Origin: Gracilinanus agilis
Taxonomy: Eukaryota
Reading direction: 5' to 3'
Assembly: GCF_016433145.1 (NCBI RefSeq)
Contig: NC_058130.1
Coordinates: 92,097,002 to 92,161,001 of the forward strand
DNA: 64,000 nucleotides
Part shown: positions 34,981 through 44,804 of the stretch, piece after piece
How the letters are laid out: every line of letters starts with the position of its first letter
Numbering within the stretch: the stretch's first letter is position 1
Made by a program: the position numbers and the translations under genes
Notes under the pieces: generated by a model
Database searches by the model: none
What the model saw: the letters and a program-made list of their open reading frames with translations, nothing else
Told to the model about the DNA's origin: nothing

Positions 34981-37840
34981 CCTCCCTTCCCCAACCTAGG
35001 AATTCAGTGCCATCTATTAGGGGTATTTGTGTGCAATTGTATGCTGTGACCAAAGGGTGAAGAAAAAATGTGCCCACAGCTGGGAAGGTGTAATGGTGTC
35101 TGGGTACCCACTCAAAGATTCTGATCCTTAGGAGACAAACTGATTCCTCAGATCACCCCACCCGCAATCACAAGGTTGGGCTCTTATCGGTGCCTTTCCT
35201 CAACCTTTCATCACTGGAGGCTTTTGGTAGAGGAAAGGAAAGGGAGCCCTTTGCCTGAGCCCCAGCTATCCAGCCACCAGTGTAATAAGCAGCCTGAATC
35301 TGACGCTCTCCCAGAGAACTCTGCCACAAAGATTGGCCCCATTGGGCATTAGGGACTCCATTCCAGGGGACAAATCAGGTCAGAGGATCCTATGATCATC
35401 TATCATAAAGTGAAGAGACTTTACCCATCATCTAGTTCAACCCTCTGATTATAAATGAGGAACTAGACTAGAGAAGAGCTGGAACTCGCCAAGGTCAGAT
35501 AGGTAGTAAGTTGCACATGATTCAAATTTAGGTTCTGTTATTCTAAATCAAGTGATTTTTCCTTTTGCTTTGGCATTGTAGAAGTATGAGAGGACTAAAG
35601 AGACTAAAGAAGGGAGAGACAGAGCACCCTACTTGGATAGACCTCTTTGTCAGAGATCAGGATATATAAACAAATGAAAAGCAACTCATTAATGTGATAT
35701 GGGCTTAAGGGAGAAAGGATAAAAGGTGTATCTGGAAAATTAGAGAAAGTTTCCTTGTCCGAGGTGGGCTGAGCTGGAGTTAAAATGAGGGGTGAATCCC
35801 CCTTCCAGCTTGACTGGAGTGGGGAGAGCTTTTGCCCAACACAAACAAAGAAGGCTGATCTTGGGAGAAGACCTCTGTTAGATACAGTTCAATGGAATGG
35901 AAACATCCCTCGGATCCTGAGCTGGGAGTCAAGGAGATAGGTTCTTGGCGAGACTCTTTGAGATTAACTTTCTGTGTGCAAGTCTCTTCCTCTCTTTGGA
36001 TCTGTTTTCCGACTGGGCCATAAGGGGGTTGGAGGAAATGAACCCTGAGGTTCTTTTCAGCTCTGAATTCATGTCCCTAGAGGTGGTGCTGGTGTCAGCT
36101 ACTTCCCAAAGGAGCCCCTCTGGGGATAAGGGTAAAGATGGCTACTGGAAACTGTGTCTCTTTTTGGTTGTTTACAAACACCCAGCCTGGCCTAGAGCCT
36201 CCTGAGGAACAAATCTTCTTCTGACCTTGGCCACGAACCAAGGGCATCTCCTCCTCAGCAGTGCCAGAGCAGAAATCTACACATACTCCCTCTCAGTCCT
36301 GCAGGAGATACTGAGAGCTGCTTGTCTCCTCCAGGACAGGTCTGCCTGCATTCCTCCCCACCCAGAGACCCCAGAATATAAAGAAGGGACAGATGACCTG
36401 AGGTGTGGCTCTGGATGTGGGTGGGTCAGGAGCTCTGACCTTTATTCCCAGCCTTTCTCTTCCCTCACTCCTCTCACCCCCAACTGACCATTTTGTGGGT
36501 GGGGAGGGAGAGGACAAAGTCAAAATAACTTCTCCAGTTACCCTTGGTTAGCTGACATCATGGTAGGGGGGTTGGTGGGATGGAGGTGGAGTCACTTAGT
36601 CATCTTGCCAGATGGGGCAACAGCTGCTGCATGTTCCCCAATTCTGATGCTTGGTTCCTTCACTGGAATCATCATATACTAAAGCTGGAAGGGACCTTAG
36701 AACATAGGATGAAAGAGCTAGGAAAGCCTTTTTAAGATCATCTATTCCACCCCTTTTACAGATGGGGAGACTGAGACCCAGGGAAGTTAAATAATTCAGG
36801 TTCAAACAAGTAGTTAATGACAAAGCTGGGATTCAAATTTAGCTGTTCTTAGGCCAACCAATTCCAAGATTCCAAAACAGCACACTGTCCTATAACCCAT
36901 CCCTTTCTCCCTAGAGCAAAAGTGGGCTTCAGATGCATCTGGGTCTGTGGGAGAAGGGGGCAGGGGACACTTAAAGCTAGGTGTTACTCAGGGTCTGGAG
37001 CCAAAGGCAAGGAAGTCAGACACTTATTCCAGAGCAGGAGGCAGGCTATTTCAGGAAGGATAGAGACTAGGTTGTGGAGACTTTGTTTCTCTTTTGGAGA
37101 GCTTCCATTTTGAGGGAGGGCAGAAGACAGTGGTAATAATTCCCATTTCTACAGAGCCTTAATGTTTACACTGCACTTTCCTCCCGACACCTTTGTGAGG
37201 TGATGAAAATATTGTCATCTCCATTTTACAGATATGCTCAGAGACTGTGATTTGACCTGGGGCTCCTGACTCTCACTCCCTGTGCTGCTGCTTCCCTACT
37301 AAAAGTTCCGACTCATAGAATCAGATGAAAGAAGGCTGGATGAGGGGAATAGAAATTCATCTCAGACTTCCTGGAGGAAATTGGAGGGAGGGGAGATGTT
37401 CTAAAAACAATCTAGTCCAGCTCATTTATTAAGCACCTTTGCTTCTTTGCCCAGGGCACTGTGCTAGAGTCATAAAGATAATGGATCGAAGAGCCAAGCA
37501 CTGAATACTAGTTGCCAATTCCAAATGCTCCTGCCTTTGCAATACATAACTCCCATCTAAATTGTACTTTGAGATTTACAAGCACTTACTTTCTTTACCA
37601 TAGCCTTGCAACACATAAAACCTCATGAGGTTCATTCAACAAGGGTATTTGACTTGCCCAGAGTAGCTTAGCACAATGCCTGGCACGTAGTAGAGGTTTA
37701 AATGTTTATTGATTATAGAGCTTGTCTCTTAGTGCCAGGGTTAGGAGGATGGGGAGCCGGAGAAATTCACCGCCTTCTCTCTCTTGCCCTCCTCCCTCCC
37801 TCCCTTCCAGGTGGCTCTGGGATTATGCTGAGCCCCGCCC

Positions 37841-39208
37841 ATGGAGACCCACGTGGACCTTCCGGTGCTGGAGACACATGATGGACCAGGGGCAGGGGCT
37901 ACAGTGGGCAGCCCTGAGGATGCTGGCTGGGCTGGGGGACCGTTCCCTGGGGGCTTCCGGGCTTCCCTGGCGGGCGTGCTGCTTCTGGAGCTGGCACTGG
38001 GTCTGGGCTGCAACGCTGCTGCCCTGCTACTGCACCGGGCCCGAGCCGGCCCCCGGGCCTCCGCCAGCGCTCGCCTCACCCTCAGCCTTCACGTGCTGGA
38101 CACGCTCATCTGCGCGCTTTGTGTCCCGCTCAGTGTAGCCGTACTCCTGCTGCCCACGACGGCGCCTCGCGTTCCGGCCTCGGCGCGCCCCGCAAATCTG
38201 CTCTGCCGGTTCCATGAGGCCGGAGTCACCTTCAGCGGAGTGGCCACAGCCGCTGGCGTCCTCGCTGTGAGTCTGGACCGCTATGACATGTCTGCGCGGC
38301 CCGCGCGCCGCCGTCTCACACCAGCGCGCGCGCTGTTGCTCCTGGCCGTCGCTTGGCTCCTCTCCCTGGCAGCCTTTTTCTTGCCCTTTGTGGAGGCCGG
38401 GTTCGCCCCGGGGGCGTGGGATGAGGCCTCGGGTGCTGACAACCGTACAGGCGTGTCCTGTGTAGGTACAGGAGGAGGTTGGGGCGTGGCGGGCCGAGGG
38501 GCGCCTGCTGGCAGGGGCCACCTGTTGGTGCAGATCCCTGCCTTCGTGGCTGCTCTCGTGGGGCTGCTGGTGACCTACGCGCGTGTCCTCCATGCACTGA
38601 GCGCGGGCCTCGGTGCAAGAGCTAGTCGGCGGCGGAGAAGGGGGAAGCGGCGAGGGCACAGCTGTGGCTCTGGGGCCGGGGCTGGAGAGGCCCGGGGACT
38701 GAGTCCGATGCCGCCGCGGGCCGCGCCTGCCCCGGGTCCCGCGCCCCCACCGCCAGCCCTGCAAACTTCAGTGTCTGTAATTCTCGCGCTGCGCAGAGCG
38801 GTGCGCAGGCACCGCGACCGGCGGGCTCGGAGGCGTCGGGTTTTGCGCCGGTCGCTGCTCATCGTCAGTTCTTTTGTGGGATGCTGGGCTCCGCTGTCTG
38901 TGGGCAATCTGCTTCTTTTGTGCATGGGCCCCAGCGAGCGGCTGGCCCGCCTGCGACTCTGCTGCCTGGCGGCTGCCTACGGTACCACGGTGCTGCACCC
39001 GCTCCTCTACGCCTTCCCTCGCCGCACGCTGAGTCGGGCACTCCGAAACCAAGCCCGGAGGCACACCGTGTGCGCCTTGCGACCCGAACCACCTGCCCCA
39101 GCTGCTGCTATTGTGCGGAATTCCTGGCTAGGAATGCGCAAGGGCTCCGGGGAGGCGGAGGAAGCCGGGGACCGTGGTTTGGGCTTGGGAGAGCAACCGC
39201 CCGACTGA
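37841..39208 (+). CDS. GPR22-like orphan class A GPCR (paralogue of GPR22), 455 aa, intronless CDS
   Basis: Seven hydrophobic segments with class A landmarks: GCN (TM1), LHVLD (TM2), C-RFHEA and SLDRYD (TM3), W in TM4, ECL2 Cys, HLLVQIP...TY (TM5), CWAP (TM6), AYGTTVLHPLLYAF (TM7). It also has the GPR22-specific blocks TSVSVILALRRAVRRHRDRR, LCMGPS, LRLCCL and IVRNSW. Good Kozak context (cccATGG) and no stops or frameshifts. Confidence 0.92.
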   Translation: METHVDLPVLETHDGPGAGATVGSPEDAGWAGGPFPGGFRASLAGVLLLELALGLGCNAAALLLHRARAGPRASASARLTLSLHVLDTLICALCVPLSVAVLLLPTTAPRVPASARPANLLCRFHEAGVTFSGVATAAGVLAVSLDRYDMSARPARRRLTPARALLLLAVAWLLSLAAFFLPFVEAGFAPGAWDEASGADNRTGVSCVGTGGGWGVAGRGAPAGRGHLLVQIPAFVAALVGLLVTYARVLHALSAGLGARASRRRRRGKRRGHSCGSGAGAGEARGLSPMPPRAAPAPGPAPPPPALQTSVSVILALRRAVRRHRDRRARRRRVLRRSLLIVSSFVGCWAPLSVGNLLLLCMGPSERLARLRLCCLAAAYGTTVLHPLLYAFPRRTLSRALRNQARRHTVCALRPEPPAPAAAIVRNSWLGMRKGSGEAEEAGDRGLGLGEQPPD

Positions 39209-40360
39209 GGACTTAAGCTGTTGCCCCTGCTTTGCCCGCACCCAAGAAATGAGGATAACCTTGATTTCCTCGGTATCCGTGGTTCATGGGGGCCCATGAA
39301 CTGACAGCCTCATCCAGGTGCATCTTCCCTGCGAGTGCCCAGGAATCATCTGCCTTCCCTGACCGGAAGGTATCCATAGACTGAGGGCCTCAGCTTGAAG
39401 TCTCTGCCCGGGAGGTGGATGTGCACCAGCTGAAGCTCTCATTCATCCACCATATCCTGCAGATGACCATACACTGGAGACTTTCTTTGCTCTCCTGTCC
39501 TGTGTGGCCTAGAGGTCCAGGACTTGTCACCAGCACCTACCACCCCTGGGCCCCTGGAGCCTGCAGGGGGATTGGAGGAGAGCCTCCCTCTAAGTTCAAA
39601 TTCCTGCTGGCACAATCCCACTACCCATCACCAAAGAAAGCACAGTCTTCTCCATTGTTTCACAAAGTCCCTAGCCACCACAGAGTGCTCTGCTCCTGGG
39701 GATGATGGGGTGCCCCTGTTGTACCATTAAGGCAATAATGGGGCTAGGGAGAAGAAAACCCCACAGGAGACCCACTGCCCTGACAAGGCTCATTACAGCA
39801 ATAACTCCAGATGGAGGTCCTCAGTTACCCCATTCTTGCCCCCAAAGATTCACCAGCCCAAGAATCTCCACCTCCCTGTGCAATACCAGATTTAGCAAGG
39901 GGGTGGGATTCTGTTTGGTCTTCCTGTTAGTCTGTGGCTTGCTAGAGGGGGCTAAGCAGGTATCTGTCTTCTCTCTACCAGCACCCTCCGAGGATGGAAA
40001 AGCTCATAGTAATTGTTCCTTGTAGGGAAGGGGGGGGGTTTGAAATAGGAGTGGGGAGCAGACCAGAGTTTCTTCAAACTTTGGCCAAACTGCCAGGATT
40101 AAGGACTGGCTCTCAGTGCAAATCATGTAGGATGTGATGTTACTAGAGTTGCCCCAGAGCCTTTGGCAGCTGTTTTCCAAACTTGGGCAAAAAAAGGAAC
40201 TGCCCTAGGGGAAGCCCTACCCCTACATGTAGTATTTACTTTTAATACTGTCCAGTCTGGTGTGACTTTTCTGGTAGCATTCTGTTCCCCTCTAGTTTGA
40301 GGTGATCCCAGGTCTTTGTGCAGACTATTTGCAAAGGATCTGCTCCCTCCCTTTTAGCTA

Positions 40361-40366
40361 AATAAA
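40361..40366 (+). terminator. Candidate polyadenylation signal of the GPR22-like gene
   Basis: AATAAA about 1.15 kb after the stop, followed by U/GU-rich sequence. Confidence 0.5.
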
Positions 40367-42372
40367 CTTGTTTGCCATTCTGCCCTCAAAAGTTCTGGCC
40401 TCTCTCTGGGTCCCTGCATAGGGGTTGGAAGATATAGAGACAACCAGTTCCTTTTACTTGTGGGGAAAAAAAAACAAGGACTCACTCATCATACTGTCTG
40501 AGAAGCTGACTAGTTTTGAAAATGATTTGCATATGTCAACAGAAACCTAAGCATCCTTCCTCCCAACAGTTTCCTTCACTCTCAGTCAATGCTGCTCTTG
40601 TCTCAATTCCCTCCCTGACCAAACTGTTCTCAAGGACTTCCTGGTCAGGACTGAATTTTTGGGTTCTGGACCCTTCTTGCCACTAGATCTCAAACTGTTC
40701 CAGGAGAGAGTCTGGACAGCAGGTTGTTCGGAAGAGGGACCTGGATGGGTTGGCAGAAGTAGATCTAGGGAATAAAGCAGGTTTAGTTAATTAGGGAGGC
40801 ATCCCAGAAGCAGAGAAAGCATAAGCTAGACAGCCATTTGTAGGTCCTGAAACTGTACCCTACCTTGTCTCCTAGATCAGCTTTCTGTTAGAATGGAAGA
40901 AAGCAGATTTTTTATCCAAATAGAGTATAAGAGATAAAGATTGATAGCTAGAAAGGTTCTTATGGACCATCTATCTCAGCTCCTCGGTTAGATGAAGAAC
41001 CTGGGACCCCTGAAATATGACATGTCCAAGGTCACAGGGGCCTAAGTAGCAGAACTGAGTTGAACCCAGTATACCATGCTGCTGAGTTAAAAAGACTCAG
41101 ATCACTTCGGGAGAGAAGTAGAAGAGGAGGACAAAAGATAGCTAAAATACTCCAGGAAGACCTAGTGAAGGAGGGAAAGAAGGGAATTTGGGATTGAAAA
41201 GAGAAGTTGCCCCTGCCCAACAAAATTATCCCATGGTATAATTTAGTTCATAAGAATGAATCTTGAATCCCATCAGCTTTAGTGTCTCTTCCTTTGTTCA
41301 TCTCTAGAAGAGGTGGGTAGTATCACCATACCTAGAGGTAGGGTGGAGGAAAATAAAGGAGGGAATGAAAGAGGAAAAAGAAAGGAGAGGACTGAAAAGG
41401 TTGGAAAGAGAGAGGAAAGGAGGGAAGAAATCTGTTCAGAATCATTTCACTTCAACATCAGGAACAATTTCCCAACAGCTGTACAACAAGGAAAAGGCTG
41501 GCTCAGAAGATAGTACCTTATCCTGCAGGTATTTAAGCAGAGGATACAGGATCCCCTGTCAGGGTACTTTAGATGGGATTCCTGGACCGGTGGGGAGGTT
41601 GGAGTCTGATCTTTAAGACCCCTTCCATCTCAGACTCTAGTAGGCGACACAAGATGTCACATAGGTGCACCCTTGTGGCTTCATCAGGAATTGCTTTCGG
41701 GCTGATGGATTTCTGCAGAAGGGGGAATCACTGAGAACCTCAACCTGCTAGATCCCTCTGTTCTTAGGAAGCTAAATCTTGCCTGAAGCCTGCTAAAAAT
41801 TTGCTGGCCTCAAGGCCCCACCCAATTATAGAGGGGCAATATTGGGGAAATTAGATATGGGAAATAGCTGGGGCTAGAAGGCTTCCCATCACCCCCCAGG
41901 GCTCAAGGAAACACTTTATAGACATCCTGATAATAGGTACTATGTCTTGAGGGCACATGACCAAGTATTTTATTTTGTTTTTTTATATCCTTGAAATTTT
42001 TATTTAATTCATTAATTAATTTAGGATATTTTTCCATGGTTACAAGATTCATGTTCTTTCCCTCCCCTCCTGCCACCCCCTGCCCATCACTGATCTAAAG
42101 AAATGAATGCAGATACACAGGGAATTCAATGACCTATAAAAGACAAGGACATAAAAGAGAAGCAAGGGAAGATAATGGAAGATAAGCAACAAGCACTGCA
42201 ATATCAGAAGTGATATAAATTGGAACAAGCAAAGAACAATAAGAACAATAAAAAGGATAGACTTTTTGTTATATTGTTTTTTTAAAGCAACAAAGTATAC
42301 TTTTGAGAATCTTCTCTTGCTTTTATTGTTTGTTCGACTGCACCAAGATAATGGATTCTGGCAAAACCAGTA

Positions 42373-42907
42373 CAGGTATATATACCTTGGAGATTTTTCA
42401 GGTTAGGTTCCAGACTACCACAAATAAAATGAATACATCAATAAATCAAATCACAAGAATTTTTTGGCTTCCCAGTACATATACTGGACCATTTACAGTA
42501 TACTGTAGTTTATTAAACAGACAATAGTATGTCTAAGATAACAGTGTACATATCTTAAAAATACTTTGATTGCTAAAAAATGCTAAAAATCATCTGAGCC
42601 TACAGTGAGTCATAATCTTTTTGCTAATGAAGGGTCTTGCCTCATTGTTGATTAGGATAGTGACTAGGTTGATTAGGATAGTGATTAGGTGGTTGCTGAA
42701 GCTTGGGATAACTATGGCAATAAGAGAACAATGGAGTTTTCCAGGCAATTGACTCTTCCCTTCACTTGAACACAGAGATTATTGTAAAGTTATTTATTGG
42801 CCTAATTTCAAATTTGTTGTGTCTTACGGAATAGGGAAACCTGAGGAGAGGGAGAGAGATGAGGCATGGCCAGTCTTTGGAGCAGTCAAAACACACAACA
42901 TTTATTT
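42373..42907 (+). mobile_element. Internally deleted Tigger1-like (Tc1/mariner-pogo) element, right end missing
   Basis: Left end CAGGTATATATACCTTGGAGAT...GGTTCCAGACTACCAC, and later ggcctaatttcaa...gaggagagggagagaga...acacacaacatttat, match Tigger1 as recalled. Confidence 0.7.
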
Positions 42908-44123
42908 ATTTGTTTGTTTGTTTGTTTGTTTGTTTGTTTGTTTGTTTGTTTTTGGTTTTTTAATTATTTTTTTATTTTTTAGAAAAATTTTCCATGGTTA
43001 CATGATTCATGTCCTTACTTTCCCCTTCACCCCCTTCCCCATAGCTGACATGCATTTCCACTGGTTTTAACATGTGTCATCAATCAAGACCTATTTCCAT
43101 ATTATTGATAGGTGCATTGGTGTGGTCGTTTCAAGTCTATATCCCCAATCATGTCTGCATCAACCCATGTGTTCAAGCAGTTGTTTTTCTTCTGTGTTTC
43201 CACTCCTGTAGTTCTTCCATAAATCCCTCAGAATTGTCCTGGGTCATTGCATTGCTGCTAGTACAGAAGTCCATTACATTTGATTTTACCACAGCGTATC
43301 AGTCTCTGTGTACAATGTTCTTCTGGCTCTGCTCCTTTCACTCTGCATCAATTCCTGGAGGTCTTTCCAGTTCATATGGAATTCCTCCAGTTTATTATTC
43401 CTTTGAGCACAGTAGTATTCCATCACCAACAGATACCACAATTTGTTCAGCCATTCCCCAACTGAAGGACATACCCTCATTTTCCAATTTTTTGCTACCA
43501 CAAAAATAAATGCACATAAATCATCAGCATTTCTATATATTTCCAACACATCACAGCAGCAAGAATTAGAAAGAGAAACCCCATTAAAAATCACCCTAGA
43601 CAATATAAAATACTTAGGAATCTATCTACCAAAACAAACACAGGAATTATACAAATACAACTATAAAACACTTTCCAAACAATTAAAACTAGATCTAAAC
43701 AGGGCAGCTGGGTAGCTTAGTGGATCAAGAGCCAGGCCTAGAGATGGGAGGTCCTACGTTCAAACCTGGCCTCAGACACTTCCCAGCTGTGTGACCCTGG
43801 GCAAGTCACTGGACCCCCATTGCCCACCCTTACCACTCTTCCACCTAGGAGCCAATACACAGAAGTTAAGGGTTTAAAAAAAAAACAACTAGATCTAAAC
43901 AACTGGAAAAGCATTGATTGCTCATGGTTAGAACAAGCTAACATAATAAAAATGACCATTCTACCCAAATTAATTTACTTATTTAGTGCCATACCTATCA
44001 AACTACCAAAATACTTTTTTACTGAATTAGAAAAAACTATAACAAAGTTCATTTGGAAGAACAAAAGATCAAGAATATCAAGGGAAATAATGAAAAAAAA
44101 AAAACAGGAAGGAAGGTGGCCTA
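42908..44123. mobile_element. L1 insertion with inverted 5' part (3' end on - strand 42908-43515; ORF2 segment on + strand 43516-44123)
   Basis: Minus strand: L1 ORF2 C-terminus (VVAKNWK...WLNKLWY...MQSE) plus 3' UTR and (CAAA)n tail. Plus strand: HKSSAFLY...IKYLGIYL...NWKSIDCSW...[17 protein letters not shown]. Confidence 0.85.
43702..43886 (+). mobile_element. Young opossum SINE inserted into L1
   Basis: Perfect 15-bp TSD aactagatctaaaca at 43687-43701 and 43887-43901. Confidence 0.9.
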
Positions 44124-44804
44124 CGTGATAACTGGATTAAGTCTATACTGCCCATCTTTAGATCTAATCACCAAAGGTGAGAGCACCTCCAAATTCTGGG
44201 AGGTCCTTAACCCACGTGTGCTAGAGTGAGTGATGAATCAGAATCAACTGACTGCCCCCTAGGCAATCCTATGAGAAGCATCTATTGTGATTGGACACAC
44301 AAACTAGGGGAAGGCACAGGAAGTGATGCATAAGTGACCCCTTTAAAACGAGGGAGTTGACTGAATGAGAGGACTTCTGTTGAAGAGGGCTAATGGTGAA
44401 GGAGGTCTTCTAGTTTTCCTGGTTCGTAGAGGAGTGTTAGCTGGAATGCTGAGACTTTGGTGAGACTACCTTCAATATCTTCTTTAGAAGTCCACATGGT
44501 GAATTTAAAGACTGAATCTTCCTGAACTTCTCTTAAGGAACTTCCCTTTAATAGCCTCTGGCCCTCTCACTCTTGGCTGAGGGTTAATTAGATCTACCTA
44601 GATTAATTAGAGGTTCATAGTAATTTACCTACTATGTTAGATTCTTATTTCCTTATTTCCTCTCTCTCTTCTCAATTGTAAATAAACTTCCATAAAAGTC
44701 AATTTTGATTTGAGATTATTCTTAATTGAGGATTGATAATTGTTCCATCCTCTGGTGACCAATCTTAAATATATTTACCCCAAAGCCCCCTTTTCCCCCT
44801 TACA
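44124..44804 (+). mobile_element. LTR (same family as 48497-49211), no matching TSD
   Basis: Starts (c)gtgata and ends ccccttaca; shares blocks aatcaccaaaggtga, tgtgattggaca and ggaagtgatgcataag with the second LTR. Confidence 0.8.

Noticed and set aside
36370-36390. TATA-like aatataaag in the GPR22-like intron as an alternative promoter
   Set aside because: Isolated motif with no CpG or other supporting elements.
38027-38764. 245-aa antisense ORF and other long ORFs overlapping the GPCR
   Set aside because: Shadow ORFs expected from a very GC-rich, stop-poor CDS; no recognisable domain.
37841-39208. GPCR ORF as a processed pseudogene of GPR22
   Set aside because: Frame intact with all class A motifs kept despite deep divergence; has a 5' UTR intron and CpG promoter; no poly-A remnant or TSD.
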